A stretch of 64,000 bases of DNA from Chrysomallon squamiferum (GCA_012295275.1 CM022665.1:18538001-18602000); one strand, 5' to 3'. Counted from the stretch's first letter, positions 26,201 through 42,224 are shown. Notes: generated from the sequence alone by a model not told the origin. Numbers and translations are program-made.

Positions 26201-29200
26201 CTTTGACATTGGAATATCTCTTTGCAGAGCCTTCTCAGCACTCACAGCTAATTATCAATAATAACAAAAGAAAACATTTTATTACTTCAGACGGGTCATA
26301 TTACATAACATGGTGAAGAAAATAATTTAAATTATGTCATACTAGAGGGAAAAGTGTTTATTTCTGTATCTGAAAACGTTTGGCTCGTAGCTATAACAAT
26401 TAAATCATATTCTGATCAGTATGAATATTATGCTGGCTGGGAAATAAAATTAAAGTATTACAGTCATCGCGTTAATTAATATACACATTTCATTTAGTGC
26501 TCTGATGGCACATTATTTTATACATGAATTAATTTCATAGTTTACAGTATGTATTTATTCATATCAGTAACTTTTTATACTGTGTCCAAGTTGATTACAA
26601 CATGCAACTAATATTTATATTTTGTGAGTTAAAAACTAATATTTATATTTTGTGTGTTAAAATAAACTTCTAAAATGAAAAGAACTTTATTACTTTGAGC
26701 TGGCTGTTTATGTTTTTGGCTGTAGAGTGTTTATTTTACTTAACAGAAATATAGGATGTTGATTTCTTGGTTATCTTGTTTATATCCTGTTATGGTTTAG
26801 TTATATGCTACCATAGTTACTAAGAGTTAATGTTCAAATACTTAAGTTTACTAAAAACTTTTATAAGATGTTTTTCTCACCTATTAAGATTAGAAAAGTA
26901 ATTATCTGTCAATGTCACTGTGGAAGGTTGATCCTGCATTCTCTTCTCTGTTAAGTTTGTCATTATATGTCTTGTACTGTTCTATATATTGTAACTAATA
27001 AGTGTCAAAGTAGCCTAAATAAAAATATTTTTTTTCACTGATTAACTGATTGTAAATATACATATATTTGGTAAAGTATACAAATGGTTTAAAAGAATTT
27101 TTAATTTTTTTTATAATTTCAACCAATTATATTATTTCTTTCAGATTTTATTGATATTTTTAAAATGTTTTTACATTACATTACTTTATTTTAATTTATT
27201 TCATTTTACTTTTCTTTACAATACACTGCTAAACTATATCACAATACATTACTTTATTTTACTTTACTTTCCTTTAGTTTACTTTACAATACTTTAATTT
27301 ATTTTATATTTCCTTTCCTTTAATTTAATTTATTTTATATTTCCTTTCCTTTTCTTTCATTTTATTTTAAAGTAATTACTTACTGTTCATTACACTGTAA
27401 AGCATCAAAACGAAATTAGAAAAAAGGGCAGCCTGAATGAATAACAACAGATTTGTCATTTACTTCTTATACTTTATTATTAACAAAGATTGGTTTATAC
27501 AAACAAAATAACAATTTTGTAGTAAGTGAAATGTATTAAGCTAAATTTCATTTCATTACCACTAATACAGTTTAAACTGTATTGCTAGTTAAACATTCCA
27601 TATATTATAGAAAGGAACAAAAAACAACAACAAACAAATGAAATGACAATTTATCATGCTTACATGTACATGCATTAAAAAAAATTAAAAAAATACCCCC
27701 CCCCTGAAAACCCCCTAGTTCATGCAACTTACATTAACAATAATAAGCCAGTTTTCATACTTACATATATGTTACAAACAACACATGGAACAAAACAAAA
27801 ACAAAAAACAAAAAAAAACATCAACAACCTCCATACTAGTACATTTAACTTATATTAACACTTACAAAACAGCATATAATATAATAAATATGATAACTAG
27901 CTTATAACTGCAAAACAACTAAATAACAAGAAATGCTTGTTGGGTTTTTGTTTTTCCAATTACCTGCCAGCATTCACTCCCCCTCCCCCACTGTGACAGT
28001 TCAGACACCCAGGGGCTAAGTTATTTCACATTTAATTGCTCCAGACAAGTTTATGGACTCTCTATCTTGATGTGTGCATTTTTAATGAGATACATATGAG
28101 GTATTGGATTACATAGATCTGTTTCTTCTGCATGCATAGTCATCAGTAAACATGTGTTAACAGTTTTATTAAGTTTGATAATTATATAACACTTTTTCTA
28201 GTCACTAATAATATGAGAGATAATATTTTACTTCTAAAATAATTATTAATCATATGAGAGAGACAACATTTTACTCATAATATACAGTTACTAATGATAT
28301 GAAAGATATTTAACTTGTCTGTTATTAATGATATGAGAGAGATATTTTATTTATAACATAATTATGTTACATACATATCATGAAAAAAAAATGTATGTAT
28401 AACATATTTATGACATGAGCGAGAGTTAGTATTATAACATATAGTGATTACTAATATGAAAAAGAGATTTTATTTATAAGATATAGTTATTAATGATATG
28501 AGAGATATATTTTATTTATATCATAGTTTATTAATAATATGAGAGAGAAGATAATATTTTACTTACAAAATACAGTTATTAAAGATATGAAAGTCAGATA
28601 ATATATAACACAATGAATGTGGAATTTTTATTATAATGCATAAAATTTTACTTACAGTAATATACAACAGATGACAAATATAAGCAAAATAAAGAAATGA
28701 TACTGTTTTATAGCAACAAAGGGCCAGTGTAAGGCTGTGTGTAAATAAATAATCTCTGTTTCATTTAGATTGTTTAGAAAATATAAAATATTATATATTA
28801 AACATTTCATTTATGTGTTATATAGTTTTAAAATGTATGCAAAGACACACATATATACACATGCATATTATATATACACACATGAATACACACATACACA
28901 AAATTAAAAACAATATGATACAAATGCACATAAGCACATACAAATAAATACACATAAACACATACACACAACTACACACCAATACACACATGCCTACAAA
29001 AAAACACATACTCACAGATTCATACACCAACAAATACACATACAAATACACACACACAAAACACAGACAAGTACACACAAATGTAGACACACACACTCAT
29101 ACAAACATGCATACACATCGATAAATAAAATGCCCATGAATCTGATATCAGAATGCTTCATCTGATTAACTCTTTGTTTTCTGATTAGCTATAGATTTAT

Positions 29201-32200
29201 ACTGACAGCTTATTTGAATGCTTTCGTCTTTTTTTCTGTCTTTTTTGTGTGAATGTGTTAAAATTAAGATGCTTAGTTGGGTTTTCTGTCAGCAAAATTG
29301 TATTAAAAAAAAAATAGATAAAGAAAAGAAAAACCAAAAAGAAAGAAAAAATCCTCAAACAGCAGCAACTGGAGTAAATGTCTTTGACAAATCACATCAT
29401 TTTTCTTTTGTTCATCAACATAATTTTCTTTTCTGCTAAAACAATTTCAATTCTGATTTAAAAATTGTTTTTTTTTTTTTTTCACAATTCAGACATGAAA
29501 GAAAAAAATGTTGAAAGGACAATAAAACTAATCCAAAAACTGACATCATACAAACATACTGCCACATTTTGTCAAAACAAGGTTTAAAAAAAGATAATGT
29601 ATTTAGCAGGCATTGCTATAAGCAATTCTCATTGTTCTTAGAGCAGGACGTCAAAATGACATTTATATTGCTTTGGGGGATGTTGAGTGACATTCAGGCC
29701 ATACATAGCCAGTCACAGAGATGTTATCACTGACACTGTTGTAGTAGACTTGTTGGTCATGTTCTGAATGCGTACCCTACTTCAGTTTTCTGTCCGGATA
29801 TGGTTCTTTACTGTAAGCTTGTTGCAGACTTCTATATTCAGACTTCTTCTGTAATGAAAGGTAATTTAAGTTACTTAATTTTACACAGATTTAGTTTTGT
29901 AGAATGTTGAAAAATGTGGTTGTGTGAATATGAAGGATAATGAAAATACGTTTTGTGTGAATAGTATTTATTGTGTCTCTGTTTATGTTTATGTATGAGT
30001 ATATGTGTGCATACATGGATGTATGTGTTTCTGTGTATTTGTATGCAATTCTTGGTGTGTTGTGTGAAGAGTATTTATTGTCTTTGTTTGTGTTTATGTG
30101 TGTGTCTTAGTGTGTGTGTGTGTGTGATGCGTACATGTGTGTTTGTCCATGAATGTGTATGTATATTTCTGTATGTGTTTCTCTATGTGTTTGTATGTGA
30201 TTCTTGTTTGTTCTATATGTGTGTGTGTGTGTGTATGGACTGTCTATCTGCCTGCATGTTTAAGCCTAAATCGAATCTCCATAACTCATAATTGCTTACA
30301 AGGTCATGCAAAGAGCAAGTGGATACACTTTCATTTACTGAATATTTATTATTAACTTTGTGATTCAAAAACATTATGAAATACCTTTCCTCAAACTGTA
30401 ACATCATCAGATGATTTGAACAGTTTAAAAAAAAATAATAAAAAAATTCTAAATGATAAGCAGAAAAATAATTAGTAGAGTATTTTTCTTCATTTGTCAA
30501 ATGAATTTAAAAAAAAAAAAAATTATTTGTTGTCTCCGTGGAGATCCTTTCATTTCGTATTTTTAAATACGATACAGTTTGTCTGATAAAAATATTTTTC
30601 TTCTACTGGGTATATTACAACCAAATTAATTTTCATTATTGCCTGAAGGAAAAATAATAAATATATTATAACGACATTATCACCTGCAAAATAAAAAAGA
30701 AAAGAAACAAAAAAAATCAAAATGATAAACACTAGATATATTATAACTTCATTATCACATGCAAAAAAAAAAAAAAATAATAATAATAATAATAATAAGA
30801 AAGAAAGAAAATAAAAAATAAATAAAAATAAAATAAAAGCTCATCTTCTGATATCAACTACCTATTCAGCTATTCCAAAGAGACAAAGATTTTGGTATCT
30901 TTATGCAATTTGAGCCTAATTATCAATGTAAGCATAACAAATACCAAATCTCAATCTAGTTGTTTTGAGGGTCTTTTGGTTTTTTGTTCCTTCTTTCCTT
31001 CAGTTAGGATTTGTCATAACTTGACTGTGTTTGATAAATACACTCTTGTTTTCATCTTGAGAAATCTTAATCTCTTTGTTTAGGATAATTTCACCAAGTA
31101 AGTAGATTAAAACTGATGACAGCCTGACAGAAGATTTGTAATTTTAACAGCAAAACCCAGTCATTATTGTCTTTTTTACTGTTATTATTATTTTTATTTT
31201 TACTCTTGTTATTATTGTTGTTATTTTTACCACCATTAATACTATTATTATTATTATTATTATTATTATCATTATTATTTTTATTACTACTACTAGTACT
31301 ATTATTATCATTACTGTAGTATTACAATTATTATTATTATTATCATCAGTTACTGTTTTGCCACCAAAAAAATAAAAATAAAACAAATACCGTAACTCAT
31401 ACATCAAACTTCCAAATTTAAAAAAAAAAAAAAATAAAATAAAGGAAAAGGAAAATAATAATAATAATAATAATAACAATAACAATAACAATAACAATAA
31501 CAATAACAATATCAATAACAAATAAATAAATAAATAAAAAGAACAAAAATAACAATTTCTTATTCATTTTATTTTGAAATAATAATAATAATAATGTTTT
31601 AAAATTAATTAATTAATTTAAAATACACTTCCGTTATCATTGGTTATTACTGGGTATTAATAGTTAACAATTGTGACAGTAAAGATTCAAACAGAAGTTG
31701 ACTGGATATTAAAACCAGTGGAGCATTGGTCATCTGTTAGTTATCCATTGTTTATTAAAATTTTGTTTATGTGAGAAAATAGAGAAAATTGAGAGCTGCC
31801 CACTGGGAATTGTCCAATTAATGTTTGACCAGTCCAAAAATGGATTTTATTTCATATTAGTTTCAAAATTCAGCTTGATACATCAAAAGCTATATGAAAG
31901 TTACAATTTTTATTATTACTTATTTAAAATAAATAGTATGTGTTCTGGTTTGAATAATTAAATAAAATTGCTGTTTTGTTGTCAAATTAAAATATTAAAG
32001 TACAGAGCCAATACTTCTGTCATGTTTATGATTGTCAGATAAATATGTCGCAGTAAAGAGTATGAAATCTTTTATTTCCAGTGTGATATTTATTGCCAAA
32101 TTATTATTATCTGTTTTTACATAATGTTATTTCGGCAATTATTTATTTTCTTTTATTTTAAACATGTGTTACTGTGGTAATCAGAACTGTTAAAAGGATA

Positions 32201-32333
32201 TTTTAATTTTATTTTATTTTTATTTTTACTAAGTTCGAAATTGTTAAATTGTAAAAAATTTCTGTGGTAATTTAGAATTGTTTAAAAAACCCACAAATAT
32301 TTTTAAGGAATATTTACAATTATTAAAAAAACA

Positions 32334-32424
<91 letters not shown>

Positions 32425-35268
32425 TGTTTTTTTTTTTCTTCTTTTTTTTAAGTAATAAGGAGAATTTTTTTTTTTTTATTAGTTGTAGGAAAAATCTTTA
32501 TAAAGTGGCAATTTAGAATTGTTAAAATCATTATGTTTAAATGAAAGTTTACAACTATTAAATTGTAAATGATTGAAAATAATTTGAAGTGGTAATTTAG
32601 AATTGTTAAAAACAAATATTTTAAAGGAATATTTACAACTTTAAAACATAAAATTATTTTATTTTATTTTTATTTTTTATAAATTGGAATGAATTCTTAA
32701 AATCATTATATTTTAAAGGAATATTTACAGCAATTAAAACATAAATATTTTTCTTTTATTTCATTTTTATTTTGAAATATTTTTTTTTTTTATAAATATG
32801 AGAGAATTGTTAAAATCATTATTACAACCATAAAAACATACTTGTTAAAATCGTTAATATTAGAAATGTTAAAAACACAAATATTTTAAAGGAATTTTTG
32901 CAAAAATACGGACTTAAACAAATTATTTTATTTTATTTTTTATTTTTTTTTTATTAGTAGTACAATGAAAATCTAAACATTTTTATGAGTAGTAGGGAAA
33001 ACCATTTTACAGTGGTAATTTAGAAGTGTTAAAAACAGATTTTAAAGTATTGTTACAACTGTTAAAATATAAATAATTAGAAATAATTTACAATGTTAAT
33101 TTATAATTGCCAAAAACACAAATATTTTAACCTATTAAAAGATAAATAATTGAATTATAATTTACAATGATAATTAGAATTGTTAAAAACAAACATACTT
33201 TAAATAAATGTTTAAAGCTACTAAAACATAAATAATTGAAAACAGTCACTGGAATTGTTAAAAGACATAAAATCAAGTCTTGCATTGCAAGCAACCAAGC
33301 CTTAGAGAATAGACATTCGTCACTGGATAAGGCTACCATCAAAATTTCCCTGACCAGTTGATTACATCTTGTCTTCAGAAGTGTAGCAAAGATGTAAAGA
33401 TTTTCCCCGCTGGCTGACTGCACACTGACAAAAGGAGGCCATCATACACACAGCCTTGCGACAAATTTAACGGTTTCTAGTGACTGCAGCATCAGGACCC
33501 GGACTATTTGAACAATAATACCCCCTCCTCTCAGTGAGTACCCCCCTGGAGGATAAAAAAAAGTCTCTGTCTGCCACTCACCAAGGCTGTTAATGTAAAG
33601 ACCCTTGTTTTCACCAATCACTGGTTGGGAACTTGTTGTATTGATTAATAGCAGATTTATTCACCAGAACGTTATTCCAGTTTTATAACATTCACCAGAA
33701 AACGCTGTTACCACGGTGTGTGTAGGAGACTGATTGCTGTAGGAGAAAGGATCATAAGGAGCTTAATTTTTTTTTTCTTTAATCAAGCAGATTTACCATT
33801 AGTGTTGAAATCTTTGCCATCAGTGTTGGAGCTTTTGTTTGTGGTGTCAGTTGTTTGGTTTTTTTGATAACTTACTCACAAAGTAATTCTGTTTGAGGAA
33901 CAAGATTATACAGTGTTGGAGTCTTTTCTCCAGGATGACACAGAGGTATGGATAATGATTAATTACTTACTAACTTGCTAACTGTGTGAGAGACAGACAC
34001 ACTTAAAATTGGGCTGTCTAGTTAACAAGCATGAGTGTTTTGTTAATACCTGCTGAAACGGTTATTATTAATATTTTGATTGATTCCAAGTGTTTGTGAT
34101 TGGGTTGTATTTAGCTACATAAAATAGAATGTGATAAATTTAATGATATTATGTTATATAGGTGCATTTGTTTTTCATATGATATTAAATGTAAATAATA
34201 ATAATAATAATGAAAATAGTGTAATAATTTTAATGAAACTAATGATACTAATGAAAATGATAACAGTGATGATGGAAATAATAATAATAATAAAATAAAA
34301 ATATTAATGATGATGAAAAAATGATAATAATGATGGTAATATGAAAATTGTAATAACAATGATGATAATGAAAATGATGCTAGTGATAGTAATAGAATTA
34401 TTTGTTTAATAATTTTTAAATGGTAATTTTAAATAAATGAATAAACAAATAAACAAAATAAAATAAAAATAAAATAAGTACATAAATAAATACTCACTAA
34501 TTGATATATAATATAAATACAGTAACAGAAATAGACTGGTTAAGGAATAAACAGATTATTTTCAATAAAAAAATAGACAGTTCAGGTACATGCCCGGGTT
34601 AACCTAGTTAACGAAAATGTAAGTAGGCTAGCAGACTGCCATTTGTTTAAAAACCTGTTTTTACAGGGATTTATCAGTGAACTTGGCTGTAATTAACTCC
34701 AAATTTTATCTAGCCCCAAGCTGCCTCAATCTCTCTCTGTCAAGTTCTGTGTAAACTTTACCCTGGGTTTGTAATCTTGGATTACAGAATGATATGGCTT
34801 AGTGCAGTGCACATGCAAATGTGACAAGGTAATGGTTAAATGTGTATGTTTTTCATGAACTGGAATTGTAGAAGACATAAATTTTAACATTTATTTCACT
34901 CCTGTTGTTATTCATTATATATTCATTGACTGAGGTTTTGTTTTTGTATTTAATTGTTAGGGGCATTAGTGTCTATAATAAGGCTGTATGTGTGTGTGTA
35001 TCTAAGTATCTGTGTATATTTATGTATGTATTTATGTAAGTATGGATGTATATATATATATATATATATATATGTAAGTATGTGTGTATGTATGTACAAA
35101 GACATAGCAAGGGCAAAGAGAGGCAGAGGCGTTACTCCCAGGATGTTAATATTATATATCTTGTCTTTCTTATGTTACATACAATTTTTGTTTTGAATTA
35201 TGATTCTGGGACTCTTATGTTTTTGTCCTGGGAAACATGGTTGTTATGCGTTGTGTGTGTGTGTGTGT

Positions 35269-35342
<74 letters not shown>

Positions 35343-36706
35343 ATATTTCAGGGTAAAAAGGAACACAATAACTGAATGAAATAACACATGAATGTAAACA
35401 ATATATCACACAGTGACACATACAACAGTTATCTAACATATTACAGTGACTGTCAGTCGTAATGTTATAAATGATGACATTTAATGAACACTTCTCATGT
35501 AATTACATGTGTGACTTGTCATCAACAGGTATAAGTAATTATTACCTCAGAAGACTGATTTTTTTTTTTTTTTTTTTTTTTTATGTGTGAATCCTTTTCA
35601 TTGAGGAATCCAGAAACGTTATCATTACAGATAATGAACACTGACAAGCAGTAATCAATAAATCAGTGATAATATTTTCTGTATCAGCCCCTGTGTTTAA
35701 GTAGGGTTGACATTTGATAGGATAAATAGTATTAGGTTATCATTTCTCAGGATAAATAAATACATCTTTTCTAACAGGTAGTTTTGAGTTTGAATATAAA
35801 ACTTAGTGGAAGAGTAAATGAAATAATTTCTGTGATACACATTCATACATTCACAAATATACAAATTGGTTCACTCATTTATGTATGTACATATACAGAT
35901 ACATACATACATACATACATACATACATACAAACATACAAACATATAAACATATAAATATGAATGTATTCACACACACTCATTTATTCATACACAGTCAC
36001 ATTCATCCATCCATTTGTCCATCCAAGTAAAATTTGATTTATGTTTGTATTCTTACAAGAATTTATTTATTTATTTTCACAAAGTTGTATCTCATTTTGA
36101 CTACATCATAGAAATCTAGAACATATAAATCAGCTGATAAATATGTGTTGAGAAAGAAATAAAAACAAATTCAGGGTGATAATTTTATTCATGTATATTT
36201 GTATTTGTATGTCATGTATATGTGCTTGTTTAGTAAATATATTTAATAGACAATTTGATAATGTTACTTGAAATTAAGTTTGCTTTACTGAGCATTTATA
36301 TTTGTATTTTTAAGATAATTTTTTTATTTATTATTATTATTTTTTTGTAATTTGAGCTCCTTTTAGCAGTACTGAAAGAATAATTAATTCTAGATGGCAG
36401 TGTTGTTTGTTTGTTTGTTAATTAATTAATTATTATTATTATGTTGTTGTTATTATTATTATTATTATTATTATGTTATTTTAAAAATAAAACAGAACTG
36501 AAAATTAATCCAGCAGACAGGTTAATCATTCCAGATGTTTGTGTGTGTGGTCATTGAAATGATAGCTAAATCTACCTTTCCATCAGCTATAGGAGATAAA
36601 AGCTATTTCATGGGCACTTTTCTATAGCAGGAAAATATTGTCATCACTGTTTTATGAGTGTTTAAATTGGAATTATTCAAATTATATTGTTCAGAAAGAA
36701 ATGATA

Positions 36707-36759
<53 letters not shown>

Positions 36760-39700
36760 AGTAGTAGTAGTAGTACTGGTAGTAATAGTACTAGCAGTAA
36801 TAGTAATAATGATTATATTAAAAATAGACAGGTAGCATAATAATAATGATGATGATAATAATAATAATAGTAATAATGATAGTTATATCATAATGTTTAA
36901 ATACAAATAGCTGAAATAAGAAATACCCAGATAATTTAATGGTTAAGAAACAACAACAACAATAATAATATTAGAGGAATAGTAATAATAATAATAGTGG
37001 TAGTAGTAGTAGTAATAACAGTAAAAATGATAATGATAATAATAATAGTAATAATAATGGTCATAGTAATAGCAGTAGCAGCAGTAGTAATAGTAATAAC
37101 AATAACAATAATGGTAGGAAAAAAACAATAACAACAAGGTTCTTGAAAAATTAGGAATAAAAAATTAATATGTTCTTATTTGAAATGCAAATGGCTGAAT
37201 AAATGAATATTAAACATCATTTATCTAAATCTTAGACTGCTGGCATTCATGTTGTTTAACATATAAATGAATCAATGCATAATCATCTTAATTTTATATA
37301 CTATCTGTCTGTAGACACACACATATTCAGAATATTATACAAAAAAACAAATTCAGGATGTCTGCAGAAGATATTGGGTTGGAACAAAAGGCTGTACTCT
37401 TTTTCAAAATATGATGTTTGAGCATGTGATTTCATTTCACATGTGACTGAAATAAATGACATGTATTCATATTCTGAAACGTGAACAAAATGGCACATAC
37501 ATGATTGAATACATCTATTACAAATAGGTAAATATCATCTTTGAATTTCTCTTTATAAAAGGCTGTCAACTTTTATTTAAACACAATATATACATGCATC
37601 ATTTATTCCTATTCATACATGTGAATAAATCTGTGTACAAATATTAAAATACTATTTTTGAATTTCACTTTAAAAAAAAACTATGAACTTTTCTTCCAGT
37701 CCAACATACATTTATTCATATATGTGCATCCATCTATCTATGTGTGTCTGTGTGTTTATGAACAATTAAATCTATGTACAAAAATGTAAATATTGTCTTT
37801 GAATTTAACTTTAAAGAAACACTATAAACGTTTGTTTGAAACCAGTATTTCCTGGTTAGTTTATTCTTCTGGCTAGGGTCATGAAGCAATCACTGAAGAT
37901 CATGCAGGATCTTTAAGTACAGTGCTGCAGACTACACTGTGGGCAAGCTGGCACATTCTGATGATATTAATTGAAGGATCTTGTAACTGATGAAACTGTT
38001 TGCCTTGGCTCACACAGGATAATGCTTTGATGCAGGGCTTAAATCTGTCTTTTATGATTTAGTTTGGCTCTTTTCTGGAATAATGAAATTTTTTTATTTA
38101 ATTTTTTAGGGGGTGAAGGATAAATCTCTGGCAATGCCTTTGAGCATTAATATATATTTTGAGTAATTTTAATTTTTGATGGTACAGAATCTATCTGAGA
38201 CAATGCCTTTCAGCATGAATAATAAGTTTACTTCTTATGGCAGTTTGTGTGTGTGTGTGTGTGTGTGTGTTTTTATCTGTCTATAGTTATGTATGCTTAT
38301 ATTTCTGACTGTATTGTTTTTGAACTTTGTAGAGATACCACACCATAATAGTGTTAAAAGCTGATATAACTGAATTAATTATTTTAGCATATTTCTGTCT
38401 TTCCTATTTTCAGTTATAATTCTAACAGTTGTGTTGTTGGTTTTTTTTCCCTCTATTTTAATTATTAATATTAGATAATGAAATAATGAATCACAAGTCT
38501 GAGAAACAACAACATTACCCTAACCCATCCACAAAGAAGTTAAGAATTAGTGGATTATTTAGAAGAATACATAATTATCTTTATTTCCATACATTTGTTT
38601 TTCATGTTAGCTTTTATAGAAGAGATTTTGCAAGCTGAGAAAAATGGCTAAGATTTGCACCATTCACATCTTTGCTTTACTGTGCTAATTAGATTTTTCT
38701 GATATTGATGTCTACAAAATAGCTGTGTAGTTATCCTTATCAGGAATTGATCCCAGTACATATGACTTATCTCTTCATTACCTAATGAAGTTAACATATT
38801 TTACATGTTGTAATAAACCTGATGGACACATGTTAAATGATTATAATCCTTTCTAAGTCCTTCAGCTGGTTGATCTTTTATTACTGATCACATGTAAAAC
38901 AATTGCATGTATGTTTCACATGTAGAACCCCTTTCCTCCAAGTAACAGACTAACAGTGGATATTGATTTTCTGTCCACATCTTCTACACAGACAGCTTTC
39001 TTGAAGGCAAATCTAAGTGTTAGCACATATGTGATATTGAAAATTATTTAATATTTTACTTATGTTTTGACAGCATACATTTCTTGAATTTTACATTATG
39101 TAGAAAACACCCCAGATATCAGAATAACAGTATATATTGATTTTCAGTTTGCACCATCTACACAGACAGTTTTCCTCAAGGCGAATCTAAGTGTTAACTT
39201 GCATGTGATATATGAAAATGATTTCATATTATACTTAGGTTTTGATAGCATACATTTATTGAAAATTGCATTACGTTTGTTTGTATCAGACAGAATTTAT
39301 AGAGTCCAGACGATTTTTGTTCTGCTTTGATTGTCACTGAAACATTTCAGTGTAAGATGTGACCTCTTTTCTTTTCTGTGTTTCTCTTCTGATAAAGTGA
39401 TGTTGTAGTGACCTGTGGAATGACTGGATGTGAGATCAATCCTCTGTTGTAACCATTTTCTCTTCTGATAAAGTGATGGTGTTATGCTATAGTAGAGTAT
39501 TGACCTGTAGTATGACTGGTTGTGAATTCACTTCTCCCCAATGGAATATCTGCAAACCAGATTTTGATGTGTTGTTGTTTGTATAAATGTTCATGTCTGT
39601 GGAAAGATTCATGTTATAAAGGCTTGCTGCTAATAGAAAAAGCATAACTTACATTGTTAAATATAAAGATCAAGTATTATTGTGGATATATTAATTATAT

Positions 39701-39993
39701 TAACAAACTGCTGCTATCTAGTATTAAATATTCTTTCAATACTGCTGATACAGCTCACATTACCAAAACAATTTAAAAATTGCCTTCTATCTGTCTCACT
39801 GGCAGAATTAAATAATTAATTTGCATGTATGTTTACTGTAGAATGTATGTGTTTCAGGGTGTAATATATATATGTGTGTGTGTATGTGTATGGATAAGTG
39901 GAATGTGGATGTTTCTTTGTGTGTGTGTATATGTATGAATGTGAGAATGTATCAGTATGTGTGTATTTGTGTATTTGTGTGTGAGAGTAAATG

Positions 39994-40027
<34 letters not shown>

Positions 40028-42165
40028 TTGTGTGTATTTGTGTGTGAATGGTACATGTCAGTACAGTGACTTCATGGCTGTGAGTTTATGTAAATATAAA
40101 CATGACCATTTATTTACTCTAAAAAGAACATGCTCTTTCTGTCACCAGCCACACAATAAATACCACAATGACCACATGAATGTTTACACTGCAGCTGAAA
40201 GTCATTAACTGGCTTAAATAATTTTTCTTTTGTCCAGAAACCTTGCACTTTGTTCTACCCTCTCACTCCATTGTTCCCTTTGACTTCTGCTGCTCTTAGT
40301 ATTTCCTGCTCAGGGACAGCCAGATGAAAATAACCCACAGCCTGACCATCACACTTGATTAATTAACAATCTCTGCTATTTCGTGCTGTTAATCACCCCT
40401 CCCCTGGGAACTGTTTGTTCTGATGGGTCATCATAGAAATCATAAGTGGATCGATAAAGTCCTGTGATGACATTGGACATCTCAAATATTTGACTGTGCA
40501 AAACGTCTCAGAAACCATCTTCCAGAGGTCAGTGCAATTTTCCTCTGGCCTTGATGTGGTGACCACAAGGCATTTTAAATGGATTGCCATAGCAACTGTT
40601 CAATTTATTCATGCTTGTGCAGGTTAAGCAATTCAGTTTATTCATGTTTATGCCAGTTAAGAAAGGTTTGATTTTAATTTGGAAGAGACAGATGTCATGT
40701 GCATGATACTTAGGACAGAAGTGAGAAAATTTTAACATTTATATTTTTTTTATCTTCAGAATATTCTGTTACAAATTGTTGTGTGAAATATGCATGTGTG
40801 AATGAAATATTTTCATATAAGGACTCCAAAAAATTCATTTGTTAGATATTTTATTATTGATGGAATAAAATATAATTATTTTATTTATCAATTTTTACTC
40901 TCAGTCCATTAATTACACTAATTAATAATAATGTTACACTAATTAATAATAATCATAATAATAATAAAAGTACTAGTAATAATAACAATATTTGTAGTAG
41001 CAGTAGAAGTAGTAGTAGTAATACTAATAACAACAACAATAGCAATAGTAACAATAATAAAAGTAGTGGCAGTAGTGATAGTAGTAATATTAATAATAAT
41101 AGTGATAATAATAATCATAATAGTAACAATACTCAAACTTCTACATGTACATATGCACATACACACACACACACACACACACATACACACACATATACTC
41201 AAAACAAAAAGATGAAAAAACAGAAAAAAATTGTTATTCAATAAGCAACAAATAAATAACAATTTGTTTGACAGACTTATTTGTAAGAGCTTTGTAGGGA
41301 AAAATAAAACACTATTATTCTTGATCAGTAAACCATATTTCTGCCATGCTTAACTCTACAATATCATCCATTACAAATTACAGTGCTGAAACTAATACAG
41401 CATTGAGTTGTTCTGAAACTAATACAGCATTGAGTTGTTCTGGTCTAATGATACAAACAGTGCATATCATTATTAAACTTTTATACTGGGACTACGAAAA
41501 GCTGTTGTCAGAAACTGTAGATGACAATAACCATTCAGTCATCATGTATTGAATTATTTTAATATCAAACTGAGGTGAGATTCAGGTTACGAAAACCTGA
41601 ATATGACTTGCATAAGCCTATTCTGTGTTTTTAGAAGCTGTTTACAAAAGTTGATATATTTTTAATTGACAGGTGTTTAAATTATTGTTAATTGGATAAA
41701 GGGTATCTAATTCAGTTTGTTGATATGGTCCTGTTTCTCTAGATTTTCATTTTTCTTTTGTTTCTGTGTCATGGATGTTCCTTTCTATTTATTGGGAATC
41801 ATTGGGAATTTATCAGAGCTAAAGGTGACTTTGCAGTATTTGAAGATGAATTTTTCTGTGGATGTTGGTAATTGCTTTTGTAGCTGTGCATAATCTAGCA
41901 TAATGAACAAGATTTTTTTAATGTTGTTGGCTTATAATATTTATTTTTGTTTTTTAATTTATTATTTTATTTTATTTTATTTGTTTTATTTTATTTTATA
42001 TTGCTTTTTCTTTTATCCATAATCAAATATATTAAGGAATTTGGCCAAGTACATTTTAAAAAAAATCTCTGACTCTCTCTCTCTCTCTACATAAATATGG
42101 AATTTTGGCTTTAGTTGTGAAAGATGTTACAAAAGTGTGGGTTTTTTGTTGTAAACTTCTTTTTT

Positions 42166-42224
<59 letters not shown>

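Noticed and set aside
41580-41602. 9-bp hairpin attcaggtt-acgaa-aacctgaat
   Set aside because: Short enough to arise by chance, and intrinsic terminators are not relevant in this context.
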